Position numbers and translations under genes: made by a program
Source of the DNA: an uncultured Colwellia sp.
GTDB taxonomy: Bacteria > Pseudomonadota > Gammaproteobacteria > Enterobacterales > Alteromonadaceae
Assembly (NCBI GenBank): GCA_964022585.1
Contig: CAXIBS010000002.1
Location: 5,102-69,101 of the forward strand
Direction: 5' to 3'
Length of the DNA stretch: 64,000 nt
Shown: positions 50,823 through 60,868 of the stretch, piece after piece
Layout of the letters: each line of letters opens with the position of its first letter
Numbering within the stretch: position 1 is the stretch's first letter
The notes under the pieces: model-generated
Databases searched by the model: none
Told to the model about the DNA's origin: nothing
What the model saw: the letters and a program-made list of their open reading frames with translations, nothing else

Positions 50823-50942
50823 ATTGTATTATTAAGAGGAATTTACAATCCTAGATACTTAATAGCTTTGTCCTCAATTGGCTCTAAATTTAACCGAGTC
50901 ATCCTGAAAGTGACTAGTGTCTCCAATAAAAAGGTGAATGTC

Positions 50943-53534
50943 GTGCTTCAAGAATATCGTAACCACGTAGCAGAACGTGCAGTAGAAGGTCTAGTACCTA
51001 AAGCTTTAGACGCTGAACAAACAGCAGCATTAGTTGAATTAGTTAAAAATCCACCAGAGGGTGAAGGAGATTTTTTAATTGATTTATTAACAAATCGCGT
51101 ACCTGCAGGTGTAGATGATGCAGCTTATGTTAAAGCAGCCTTTTTAGCTGCAGTTGCTAAAGGTGAAGCGAATTCATCAATATTAAGTGCTGAGAAAGCC
51201 ACTGAATTATTAGGCACCATGTTAGGCGGTTATAATATTCAGCCAATGATTGACCTTTTAGATAATGATGCATTATCTTCAGCAGCTGCACATGGTTTAT
51301 CAAATACCTTATTAATGTTCGATGCTTTCCATGATGTGCAAGAAAAAGCTGAAGCAGGTAATGTTGCAGCGAAACAAGTTATGCAATCTTGGGCTGATGG
51401 TGAGTGGTTTACCTCGAAAGAAAAAGTCGCTGAAAAAATTACAGTTAAAGTATTTAAAGTAACCGGTGAAACTAACACTGATGATTTATCACCAGCACCT
51501 GATGCTTGGTCTCGCCCTGATGTACCATTACACGCTAAAGCGATGCTTAAAATTGCTCGTGACGGTATTAACCCTGAAGAAGACGGCGTTATTGGTCCTA
51601 TTTCTCAAATTGAAGAATTACAAAAAGACGGTATCCCACTAGCTTATGTTGGTGATGTAGTTGGAACGGGTTCTTCTCGTAAGTCAGCTGCTAACTCTGT
51701 TTTGTGGTTTATGGGCGATGATATCCCTTGTATTCCTAACAAACGCAATGGTGGTGTGTGCTTAGGTGGTAAAATTGCGCCTATTTTCTACAACACTTTG
51801 GAAGATTCAGGTGCATTACCTATTGAACTTGACGTTCAAAAAATGCACATGGGCGATATTATCGACATTTACCCATACGAAGGTGTTGTTAAAAATGCTG
51901 CTGGTGAGGTTATTTCAGAATTTGAACTTAGCCCGGTATTATTAGATGAAGTTCGTGCTGGTGGTCGTATTCCACTAATCATCGGTCGTGGCTTAACGGG
52001 TCGTGCTCGTGAAGCATTAGGTTTACCTGAAGCTGATTTATTCGCTAAACAAGTTGCTGTTGCTGATACAGGTAAAGGCTTTACCCTTGCTCAAAAGATG
52101 GTAGGTAAAGCTTGTGGTGTTGAAGGTGTTCGCGCCGGTCAATACTGTGAACCTAAAATGACCACGGTTGGTTCACAAGATACTACTGGACCTATGACAC
52201 GTGATGAGCTTAAAGATTTAGCGTGTTTAGGTTTCTCTGCTGATTTAACTATGCAGTCTTTCTGTCATACTTCAGCTTACCCTAAGCCTGTTGATGTTAT
52301 TACTCACCACACATTGCCTGATTTCATGATGAATCGTGGCGGTGTTTCACTTCGTGTGGGTGATGGTGTAATTCACTCTTGGTTAAACCGTATGTTATTA
52401 CCTGATACTGTTGGTACTGGTGGTGATTCTCATACACGCTTCCCATTAGGTATTTCATTCCCTGCAGGTTCTGGCTTAATTGCTTTTGCTGCAGCGACAG
52501 GCACAATGCCTTTAGATATGCCTGAATCAGTTTTAGTTCGTTTTAAAGGTGAAATGCAGCCTGGCATTACATTACGTGACCTAGTGCATGCTATTCCTTA
52601 TACAGCAATTAAAAATGGTTTATTAACTGTTGAAAAAGCAGGTAAAGTAAACGAATTCTCTGGTCGTGTATTAGAGATTGAAGGTCTTAAAGGTTTAACC
52701 GTTGAGCAAGCATTTGAATTATCTGACGCATCAGCTGAACGTTCAGCTGCAGGTTGTTCAATCAAACTTGAAGAAGATGCCGTAGCTGAATACTTAACGT
52801 CTAACATTGTTATGCTTAAGTGGATGATCAGTGAAGGTTATGGTGACGTTCGCACTATTACTCGTCGTATTAAAGCGATGGAAAAATGGTTAGCGAATCC
52901 TTCACTAATGGAAGCTGATAGCGATGCTGAATATGCTCACATTATTGAAATTGATTTAAATGAAATCAAAGAGCCTATCGTTTGTTGTCCTAACGACCCA
53001 GATGATGCGAAACTATTATCTGATGTTTCTGGTGTTGATGTTGATGAAGTATTTATTGGTTCATGTATGACTAACATTGGTCACTTCCGTGCTGCTGGTA
53101 AACTAATTGAGAAGTTCGGAGGTTCATTACCAACACGTATGTGGGTTACACCGCCAACTAAAATGGATAGCGCACAACTTAAAGACGAAGGTTACTTCAA
53201 TATTTATGGTAAAGCTGGAGCTCGTGTTGAAACTCCGGGTTGTTCACTGTGTATGGGTAACCAAGCACGTGTAGGTGATAATACTACCGTATTGTCTACT
53301 TCAACTCGTAACTTCCCTAACCGCTTAGGAACGGGTGCAAACGTTTACTTAACGTCTGCTGAACTTGCTGGTGTTGGTGCTATCTTAGGTAAGCTTCCAA
53401 GTCCTGCTGAGTATATGGAGTACGCCTCTCAAATTGATGCAACGGCAGCCGATACTTATCGTTACTTGAACTTTGATAAGATGGAAGAATACACGAAGAA
53501 AGCAGATACTGTAATTTTACAAGTAGAAGCTTAA
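50943..53534 (+). CDS. acnB: Aconitate hydratase B (canonical)
   Basis: GTG start giving MLQEYRNHVAERA; ETNTDDLSP, GDSHTRF, GSCMTN, PGCSLCMGNQ motifs. Confidence 0.97.
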   Translation: MLQEYRNHVAERAVEGLVPKALDAEQTAALVELVKNPPEGEGDFLIDLLTNRVPAGVDDAAYVKAAFLAAVAKGEANSSILSAEKATELLGTMLGGYNIQPMIDLLDNDALSSAAAHGLSNTLLMFDAFHDVQEKAEAGNVAAKQVMQSWADGEWFTSKEKVAEKITVKVFKVTGETNTDDLSPAPDAWSRPDVPLHAKAMLKIARDGINPEEDGVIGPISQIEELQKDGIPLAYVGDVVGTGSSRKSAANSVLWFMGDDIPCIPNKRNGGVCLGGKIAPIFYNTLEDSGALPIELDVQKMHMGDIIDIYPYEGVVKNAAGEVISEFELSPVLLDEVRAGGRIPLIIGRGLTGRAREALGLPEADLFAKQVAVADTGKGFTLAQKMVGKACGVEGVRAGQYCEPKMTTVGSQDTTGPMTRDELKDLACLGFSADLTMQSFCHTSAYPKPVDVITHHTLPDFMMNRGGVSLRVGDGVIHSWLNRMLLPDTVGTGGDSHTRFPLGISFPAGSGLIAFAAATGTMPLDMPESVLVRFKGEMQPGITLRDLVHAIPYTAIKNGLLTVEKAGKVNEFSGRVLEIEGLKGLTVEQAFELSDASAERSAAGCSIKLEEDAVAEYLTSNIVMLKWMISEGYGDVRTITRRIKAMEKWLANPSLMEADSDAEYAHIIEIDLNEIKEPIVCCPNDPDDAKLLSDVSGVDVDEVFIGSCMTNIGHFRAAGKLIEKFGGSLPTRMWVTPPTKMDSAQLKDEGYFNIYGKAGARVETPGCSLCMGNQARVGDNTTVLSTSTRNFPNRLGTGANVYLTSAELAGVGAILGKLPSPAEYMEYASQIDATAADTYRYLNFDKMEEYTKKADTVILQVEA

Positions 53535-53653
53535 TTTGAAATTTTCTTGTTGTTAAATTTCACTCTTTCGTTGTTGGAAGTACTCACCTATAGTCATAGG
53601 CTCCGTGCTTCCTCCTAGAAAAAGTATTACTTAACTTAAAGAAAAGTATCAAA
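53535..53653. repeat. About 120-bp imperfect palindromic intergenic element
   Basis: Nested complementary arms: TTTGA/TCAAA, TTTTCTT/AAGAAAA, GTTAA/TTAAC, GGAAGTAC/GTGCTTCC, CCTAT/ATAGG. Confidence 0.6.
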
Positions 53654-53664
53654 TAGTTAATTAT

Positions 53665-53698
53665 AAAAAATGCCGCTTTATTACAAAGCGGCATTTTT
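53665..53698. terminator. Bidirectional Rho-independent terminator
   Basis: AAAAAATGCCGCTTT-ATTAC-AAAGCGGCATTTTT. Confidence 0.88.
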
Positions 53699-53727
53699 AT
53701 TTTAATAAGAATCATGACTAAAATCGA

Positions 53728-54600
53728 TTAATTTTCTTCAAATAATTCTTTAAAGAAATACACTACTTTTCGTCGAGATCTTTTCGCTATTTTTCGATTA
53801 GGTGATAAAAGAACTTCACCTCCTGTACCTAAGTGTGAAGTAGGGTCAGTAACTAATAATTCTGGTTCTAAGCGGTCCCAAGCGTGATAAGCATTCCTAT
53901 AGACTTTAAGTTCAACTAACTCTCTGTCAGCTTCAATTAAACTACTTACCATTAGCGGACAAGTTTCTTCCTGATCATAATCATCCAACGCACCTGTTTG
54001 AATCATTATCGGTGCACCTGTTAAATTATTGAATTCAAAACCAGGCACTCTATTATAAATCCAACACAAAGGGTAATGAGCTACATGCCCAGCGAACCGA
54101 TAAGGGGCACCTGTCATTGACATATACTGTTCAGTTGCTGTTAACATAGATAAAACCCCACCCCAAGAAAAGCCAATAACGCCAATTCGTTCAGCATCTA
54201 TTTCTTCTCGTTGAGCAAGAAAGTGTAAAGCTGCAATAGCATCCGGTAAAGTTTCAAGAGGAGATTCAGGTCTATTATTAGTTCCACCTAACAAACCTCT
54301 TGATCCCCAAAGATCAAGCTCTAAGGTAGCAATACCTGCATTATTTAACGCTTTAGCATAAAACTTTCCTGTACTATCAACCCCACCAGAGCTATGTAAA
54401 ATAACCACAGCAGGAATAGGTAAAGTACTTTCAAGTCTCGGTAAACGATATTGTGCAGATACCTGTCCAACACCTTCAGGCGTCTGAACAGGAATATTGA
54501 CATAATAGATTCGAGGTAATTGGTTTTTTGTTACTTTCGCAAAAGATGAAAATTGACAAAGCAACAAGCTAAGACTAATTAGTAACACATTTTTCAACAT
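53728..54600 (-). CDS. Secreted dienelactone hydrolase-family alpha/beta hydrolase
   Basis: Signal peptide; GFSWGG nucleophile elbow; Asp and HAWD His motifs. Confidence 0.82.
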   Translation of the reverse strand: MLKNVLLISLSLLLCQFSSFAKVTKNQLPRIYYVNIPVQTPEGVGQVSAQYRLPRLESTLPIPAVVILHSSGGVDSTGKFYAKALNNAGIATLELDLWGSRGLLGGTNNRPESPLETLPDAIAALHFLAQREEIDAERIGVIGFSWGGVLSMLTATEQYMSMTGAPYRFAGHVAHYPLCWIYNRVPGFEFNNLTGAPIMIQTGALDDYDQEETCPLMVSSLIEADRELVELKVYRNAYHAWDRLEPELLVTDPTSHLGTGGEVLLSPNRKIAKRSRRKVVYFFKELFEEN

Positions 54601-54949
54601 GGTAAATCCTTTTATTTAGAGTAAAAACAAATTTATAGAGTATAAATTTACTTGCCAAAGATTACCCTCTCTCACCGGTTAAGTCTACATGGCGTATTAA
54701 TTGAAATAAGCAAGTGCTTTATTGTATTAAGTAGATGGTAACAATAGCTTTTCTAGATATTAACTAGAATTATATATATTCACTCAAGTTCTATATTGCT
54801 TAGCAGTTCAGAGTATTATCATTAGGAAAACTGGGAAATTATTAGGCTTTCTGTTAATATGCGCGCCCAAAAACTTGTACTATTCTAATAAAGATTAATC
54901 AAGTTTGATTATTAATCTACAGCACTGAATTTACGTTTCAGTTAGCTCA

Positions 54950-55957
54950 ATGGAGTCAAACATGTCTACAGTTTCAACAGCTGGCGCAATTACTATTTGT
55001 GCCTTATATAAATTCGTACGTTTAAATAATCACGTTGAATTACGCGATACACTACTAGCCCAAATGACAAGTGTTGGTATCAAAGGTACTCTCCTGCTAG
55101 CCGCTGAGGGTATTAACGGCACTATAGCAGGCTCACAAGACGGTATTAATAAAGTACTTTCTTTCCTAGATAAACAACCTGGTTTAGATAATATTTCTCA
55201 TAAGGAATCTTATAGTGAAGAGAACCCATTTCATCGCACTAAAGTAAAACTAAAGAAAGAAATTGTAACCATGGGTGTTGAAGGAATTGACCCAAATCAA
55301 GTGGTTGGTACTTACGTCAAACCTAAAGATTGGAATGCATTAATCTCTGATCCAGAAGTATTATTAGTAGATACTCGTAATGATTATGAAGTTGATATTG
55401 GCACGTTTGAAGGCGCACTAAACCCAGATACAGAAACATTTAGAGAATTTCCACAATACGTAGAAGAAAACTTAGATAAAACTAAACATAAAAAAGTAGC
55501 TATGTTTTGTACTGGTGGCATTCGTTGCGAAAAGTCAACAGCTTACTTGAAAGAGCAAGGGTTCGAAGAGGTGTATCATTTAGAAGGTGGCATTTTAAAA
55601 TACCTTGAAGAAGTTCCTAGTGAAGAAACTATGTGGCAAGGAGAGTGCTTTGTTTTTGATGGTCGTGTCGCGGTTAATCATGACTTAGAACAAGGGCAAT
55701 ATGATCAATGCTTTGCTTGTCGTTTTCCTTTAACTGAAGCTGAAAAAGAAAGTGAGCACTATGTTAAAGGTGTCAGCTGTCATCGTTGCCATGATAAAGT
55801 GAGCGAAGAACAACGTCATCGATTTATTGAACGTCAACGTCAAATTGCATTAGCGGCTAAACGCGGCGAAAGTCATATCGGTGGCGATGTTCAAAATACT
55901 ATGAATGAGCGTCGTCAAAGTAAAATAGCAAAAAAATCAGAACAAGCCAAAAAATAG
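54950..55957 (+). CDS. trhO: Rhodanese-related tRNA uridine(34) hydroxylase
   Basis: [28 protein letters not shown] motifs (YceA/UPF0176). Confidence 0.92.
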   Translation: MESNMSTVSTAGAITICALYKFVRLNNHVELRDTLLAQMTSVGIKGTLLLAAEGINGTIAGSQDGINKVLSFLDKQPGLDNISHKESYSEENPFHRTKVKLKKEIVTMGVEGIDPNQVVGTYVKPKDWNALISDPEVLLVDTRNDYEVDIGTFEGALNPDTETFREFPQYVEENLDKTKHKKVAMFCTGGIRCEKSTAYLKEQGFEEVYHLEGGILKYLEEVPSEETMWQGECFVFDGRVAVNHDLEQGQYDQCFACRFPLTEAEKESEHYVKGVSCHRCHDKVSEEQRHRFIERQRQIALAAKRGESHIGGDVQNTMNERRQSKIAKKSEQAKK

Positions 55958-56217
55958 ACTCTCATTAATAAGCCCTAGTTACTATAGTTCACAAGTAATT
56001 TTGCCGTTCAGATAACAGCTTAGTAACTAGCTCGCTTACGTAGCACATTGACATTGGTCTTGAAATTTAGCCATAAGGTGATTCAAGGCCATGTACAACC
56101 TCCTAGGCTCTTCGTCACGTTTCTATACTTAATAATCAAACTCTTCATCTGGTCTGCTCTCTTTACTTCAATTGCATAAATTGCCATTATATCTGTAAAG
56201 ATAGGGTAGGAATCATC

Positions 56218-56757
56218 ATGAAAACAGTTGAAGATCAGTTATCAAGCTACAAAAGCGTACACTTAAATAAAAATAATATTAAGACCCATTTCATTGGTAT
56301 ACCTCTAATTATCTTAGCAATTACCGTACTATTAAGTTTGAATCACTTCACTATAAACTTAGCTGACAACCTACTGGCTTTTACACCCGCCATAGCGTTA
56401 TACACTATTGCCCTACTTTACTATTTTAAATTACATATTAAGTTAGGGTTTGGAATGCTACTGTATCTTGTTGTAAATATATATCTAGCCAGTTTAATTT
56501 CACCTTTAGAACATGCACTTTGGCTAGCTATTTTGGTCTTTGTCCTAGGCTGGATAATTCAATTTATAGGTCATATTTATGAAAAAGCCAAACCAGCTTT
56601 TTTTGATGACATTATGGGTTTAGTTATTGGCCCATTATTTCTAATGGCAGAAGTCTACTTTGCTTTTGGATTTGAAAAAAAGCTACATGAAGACATAACA
56701 CCAATGGCTATCGAAAAGCGTAAAGCTCTTGAAAAGAAGAAAAAAGAACTAGCATAA
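56218..56757 (+). CDS. DUF962/Mpo1-family membrane protein
   Basis: Y.SVH...N...H..GIP and QFIGH.YEK.KPAF motifs. Confidence 0.85.
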   Translation: MKTVEDQLSSYKSVHLNKNNIKTHFIGIPLIILAITVLLSLNHFTINLADNLLAFTPAIALYTIALLYYFKLHIKLGFGMLLYLVVNIYLASLISPLEHALWLAILVFVLGWIIQFIGHIYEKAKPAFFDDIMGLVIGPLFLMAEVYFAFGFEKKLHEDITPMAIEKRKALEKKKKELA

Positions 56758-56811
56758 ATATATACAGAGATAGATAACAAGGAGCTTTATGTAACCCATA
56801 AATTATTTAAT

Positions 56812-57273
56812 TTATGGGACCTTATTTTTGTTTATCGATTCTTCTAATTCAAGAAGCTTTTTATAAATAAGCTCATTTTGATGACGAAGCTCTCTATTTT
56901 TAACATTGGTATCTGAGAAACCCAGTAATTTTGATGCTATTAGCGCACCTAAACCACCAATAATTCCCACACCGCAAATAAACATCAATGTTACCATTGT
57001 GCGTCCTAGTATAGTAACAGGATATTGAGAACCAAAACCTATAGTTGTACTAGACATGATCATTAACCATAGCGCATCACCAAAATTTTCAATGGTTGCC
57101 CCATCAACACCATATTCAGCATGATAAGTGATCGCACCAAAGAAAAAGATTAAAGCTGTCATTAAGAATACACATAAAAATGCCACAAAGCGTGTTTTGT
57201 AGTTTTTGACACCAAACTCGTCGATTGAATATAGTTTACTTTGCTGTGTAACTGATTGAAATACCGATGTCAT
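56812..57273 (-). CDS. Two-TM potassium channel-family protein
   Basis: TM, pore helix DALW...STTIGFG, YPVT..GR, second TM. Confidence 0.85.
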   Translation of the reverse strand: MTSVFQSVTQQSKLYSIDEFGVKNYKTRFVAFLCVFLMTALIFFFGAITYHAEYGVDGATIENFGDALWLMIMSSTTIGFGSQYPVTILGRTMVTLMFICGVGIIGGLGALIASKLLGFSDTNVKNRELRHQNELIYKKLLELEESINKNKVP

Positions 57274-57422
57274 AATATCCTCTTGAACTACTTTCTTTGT
57301 GCTTCTTTTATACTATTTTATTCAGCTGTTCATTACCTTCTTGATAATTGATAACATGCCAAAGACTTTATCATATTGAATAGCTAATCTATTTTGCAAT
57401 TTATCTTTAAATCAAATAAGTA

Positions 57423-59381
57423 TCAACTGCTAGTCGCTTTACTTGCACGAGATGCTTTTTTATTAAATTTTTTCTTTGCTCTCTTCGGTTTAAATGCAAC
57501 TTTTGGCAACCCTGCAAAAGATTGTTGACTTGAACCAGCTACCATTTCTGTCACATTATCAGTTAAAGGCTGCATAAAATGAAGATATGTTGATTGTTTT
57601 TCACTAATAGCTGTTAGCAAAGATTCCCATTGTGCTGTCATATCTGGCAATGTTGCTTTTAAAGGTAATGCATTTACTAAAGCCACGCCAATTTCAGTCG
57701 GAATTATTTTTTTACCATTTCGTTGTAAAAAATTACGCTTAAAAAGTAAATCGATTATGCCGGCTCGTGTTGCATCCGTACCCAAGCCATCGGTATCTCT
57801 TAATACTTTTTTAATACTCGGATCTTTCACAAACCTTGCAATACCTGTCATAGCACTTAGTAATGTAGCATCTGTAAAGGAGTCTGGCGGCGACGTATGC
57901 TTTTCAATTAACTCGCCCTGCTGACAATATAATATTTGACCACGGGTTAATTTAGGTAATGAACTATCTAAAAGTTCATTTGGATCATTTTTAATAGGAA
58001 ACAGAGATTTCCATCCTAATTCTTGTTCCATTTTTGCTTTAGTTTTAAAAAGTCCGCCTGCTATTTTTACTGTTAATGATGTTTGTTGATAACGGTACGC
58101 TGGGTAAAATTGTACTAGATATTGTCGAACGATCAGTGAATAAATATTTTTTTCAAAAGGGTTTAGCTGGCTGCTGCTAGCTAGTTTTTCAGTTGGAATA
58201 ATAGCATGATGTGCGGTAATTTTACTGTCATTCCATGCTTTACTTTTAATACCTTTATCCGCTCTTTTAGCATGTTGAGCACATGGTAAATCTGTTTGTG
58301 ATAATAAGTCGATAATTGCGGGGGCTTGCTTTAATTGTTCCTTAGGTAAGTAACGACAATCTGAACGTGGATATGTAATTAATTTATGCTTTTCGTATAA
58401 TGCCTGACATACATCCAAAACAAGCTTGGCATTCATAGAAAATTGTTTAGCTGCTGCAATCTGCAAACTTGATAAATTAAAAGGCAGCGGCTGCGTCTGT
58501 TGTTTATCTTCAGTTTTGATATTCTCTACAACAGCATCTTGATTCGTAATTCTACTAACAACATTCATTGCTAGGGCTTTCACTAATACTCGACCTTCCT
58601 CATCACAATATTGCTGACAAGCATCGCTTGGTTGCCATTTAGCACTAAAGGTTTTTTCATCTGTTGCTAAATTTTTATTAACACTCAGGTGTGCAAGTAC
58701 TTGATAAAAGGGCTTACTGATAAATTCTTTAATCTCTTGCTCACGTCTAACCACAAGACCTAATAGAGGCGTTTGTACTCGGCCAACTGATAGCACACTA
58801 TTAAAACCATGCTTTTGTCCTTGTAATGTATAAGCTCGAGTTAAGTTGATACCATAAAGCCAATCAGCTCTTGAACGTGCTAGCGCAGAAATAGACAAGG
58901 ATATAAAGTCTGTATTATTTTTCAAAGCAGATAATGAGCGTTTAACTGCTGGTAAGTTTAAATCACTAATGAGTAAACGTTTAACGCTGTTTTTTTTAGT
59001 TTTTGATACGTTTAAATAATCAATCACTTCATCAACTAGTAGTTGTCCTTCTCTATCGGGATCGCCAGCATGAATTATTTCATCCGCTTGTTTAACTAAC
59101 TTTCTCAACACTGTTAGCTGGGCTTTAGTACGCGTAATTGGTTTTAATTGCCATTTTGAAGGAATAATTGGCAATGTTTCCATACTCCATTTTTTAAATG
59201 TAGCATCATAATCTTCAGGGTTAGCTTGCTCAAGGATATGCCCAACACACCAACTAACTACATCACCATTAGCAAGTACAATATGAGTTTTTAAGTTTTT
59301 ATGTGGCTTTGTTGAGGTATGCGATAATGCGGCTGCAATTGCACGACCTAAACTGGGTTTTTCTGCAATGTATAACTTCAA
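57423..59381 (-). CDS. topB: DNA topoisomerase III
   Basis: IAEKPS, DPDREG, GRVQTP, ITYPRSD, AHHAIIPT, GLGT.ATRA motifs. Confidence 0.95.
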   Translation of the reverse strand: MKLYIAEKPSLGRAIAAALSHTSTKPHKNLKTHIVLANGDVVSWCVGHILEQANPEDYDATFKKWSMETLPIIPSKWQLKPITRTKAQLTVLRKLVKQADEIIHAGDPDREGQLLVDEVIDYLNVSKTKKNSVKRLLISDLNLPAVKRSLSALKNNTDFISLSISALARSRADWLYGINLTRAYTLQGQKHGFNSVLSVGRVQTPLLGLVVRREQEIKEFISKPFYQVLAHLSVNKNLATDEKTFSAKWQPSDACQQYCDEEGRVLVKALAMNVVSRITNQDAVVENIKTEDKQQTQPLPFNLSSLQIAAAKQFSMNAKLVLDVCQALYEKHKLITYPRSDCRYLPKEQLKQAPAIIDLLSQTDLPCAQHAKRADKGIKSKAWNDSKITAHHAIIPTEKLASSSQLNPFEKNIYSLIVRQYLVQFYPAYRYQQTSLTVKIAGGLFKTKAKMEQELGWKSLFPIKNDPNELLDSSLPKLTRGQILYCQQGELIEKHTSPPDSFTDATLLSAMTGIARFVKDPSIKKVLRDTDGLGTDATRAGIIDLLFKRNFLQRNGKKIIPTEIGVALVNALPLKATLPDMTAQWESLLTAISEKQSTYLHFMQPLTDNVTEMVAGSSQQSFAGLPKVAFKPKRAKKKFNKKASRASKATSS

Positions 59382-59435
59382 CGTTTATCTGCACTTGAGT
59401 TATTTTAAATGAGTATAGTTAATCATACTCAAACA

Positions 59436-59451
59436 CTGTTTTTATGTACAG
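59436..59451. promoter_or_regulatory. LexA (SOS) box upstream of topB
   Basis: CTGT-TTTTATGT-ACAG, about 55 bp upstream of the start. Confidence 0.75.
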
Positions 59452-59592
59452 CTTATTTTTAAATGATTACAATAATGTTTTTGTTTTCAATCTATTAAAA
59501 TTATGAGATATTTACCCAAATTAGTAAAAAGTGATTATTAACTTTATAGCTAACATCAACTAAATACTCTAAACATAATAAAAGGACTCATT

Positions 59593-60030
59593 ATGTATAA
59601 GCCTACAGATACGCCAGTAGAACTTTCCTTTATGGAAAGTAAAATAGAACTCAACACCTTTATTCTCAACCTATTTGCTATTCAGTTTATTTTTCATATA
59701 GTCGCATCAATTTTTATCTATATAACATCATATTTTGAATTAAGTTCAGATATACAGGCTCTCAACCCTAAACTTCTCAGCTCTTTTGCTTTAGATACAT
59801 GGATAATTGTATTGTTAGCTAGCTTCTCTTTAATTGGTTACTCAGTCATAGCTAAAATTAAAACATTCTCTCTTCACTTACTCTTTGCTTACCCTACAAT
59901 ATTAATCTTGCTTTCTTTCGTTAGAGACGTATCGCTATTACAAATCATCATTTTATCAATAATATCTTCAACAATTGTTCTGCCATTTAGTTTTCAGAAA
60001 ATTAAACAACTTGAGTATTCTCGGGTTTAA
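59593..60030 (+). CDS. Hypothetical membrane protein
   Basis: RBS AAGGA; about four hydrophobic segments. Confidence 0.65.
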   Translation: MYKPTDTPVELSFMESKIELNTFILNLFAIQFIFHIVASIFIYITSYFELSSDIQALNPKLLSSFALDTWIIVLLASFSLIGYSVIAKIKTFSLHLLFAYPTILILLSFVRDVSLLQIIILSIISSTIVLPFSFQKIKQLEYSRV

Positions 60031-60077
60031 CTATGATTACAGCGATGAATTTTATTTAAAGGATCAAGGTACATTTT

Positions 60078-60581
60078 ATGAAGTTGTTCACTTACCTACT
60101 TTCCATTACTGCAATTGTTGCATTAGCAGGGCTTTTTATATTTAAACAGCCCAATGGTAAAACTTGGTTATCGATGAAAAGCTTTATTCCTGATACACAA
60201 GTAATAAGTGAAAAAATAGATACACTAAGTTTTGAGCTCAATGAACTTTTTAAAAATGATGAAAATAAAAACAGCACTGTGGAAGTTTATCGATGGAGAG
60301 ATAGTAACGGCAATTGGAGTTATTCAGATAAACCACAAACTTCTAGCGAAAGTGAAAAGGTAAGCTTTGATTCAAAGAATATTACCGTATTGCCTAAAGT
60401 TGAAGTACCTTCAAATAACTCACCGGCTTATATAATAAAAGATAAAGGGGCTTCTTCAAATACTTTAATAGCCACGCCGAGCAAAGTAATTAAACTATAT
60501 GAAGACGCAAATAATATTCAAAACTTAATGGATACAAGGCAACAAAGCATCGCCCAGTCACTTGAAAAAAGTATTGATTAA
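60078..60581 (+). CDS. DUF4124-domain protein
   Basis: VYRWRDSNGNWSYSDKP motif; N-terminal TM. Confidence 0.8.
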   Translation: MKLFTYLLSITAIVALAGLFIFKQPNGKTWLSMKSFIPDTQVISEKIDTLSFELNELFKNDENKNSTVEVYRWRDSNGNWSYSDKPQTSSESEKVSFDSKNITVLPKVEVPSNNSPAYIIKDKGASSNTLIATPSKVIKLYEDANNIQNLMDTRQQSIAQSLEKSID

Positions 60582-60700
60582 ATCAATTAACTCATACTGT
60601 TTTAAGAAGATAACCTTAAACAACAAAAATATAATAGCTACTTTATTAGCAAACCACTTCAACTTACAAGTTTGTATGCTGAAGTGGTTTGACTATTTAA

Positions 60701-60868
60701 CTAAATTTTATAAACCCACGCTAAAAAACGTTTTGAATCGGTAACGTTGGTAAATTTAATTAATTTAGAACCATTTTGGTCAGTAACAGCAATGTTATGC
60801 TTGTTAACTGAAATGGAGCTTATTGGGGATTTAATTGAATAAATCCTACCTTGATGGGTATAAGACAT
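60701..60868 (-). CDS. Small hypothetical protein (55 aa)
   Basis: Below the ORF-track cutoff: MSYTHQGRIYSIKSPISSISVNKHNIAVTDQNGSKLIKFTNVTDSKRFLAWVYKI; RBS AAGAG. Confidence 0.6.
   Translation of the reverse strand: MSYTHQGRIYSIKSPISSISVNKHNIAVTDQNGSKLIKFTNVTDSKRFLAWVYKI

Noticed and set aside
50868-50942. 25-aa N-terminal extension of AcnB
   Set aside because: The canonical N-terminus starts at GTG 50943 with RBS AAGGTG.
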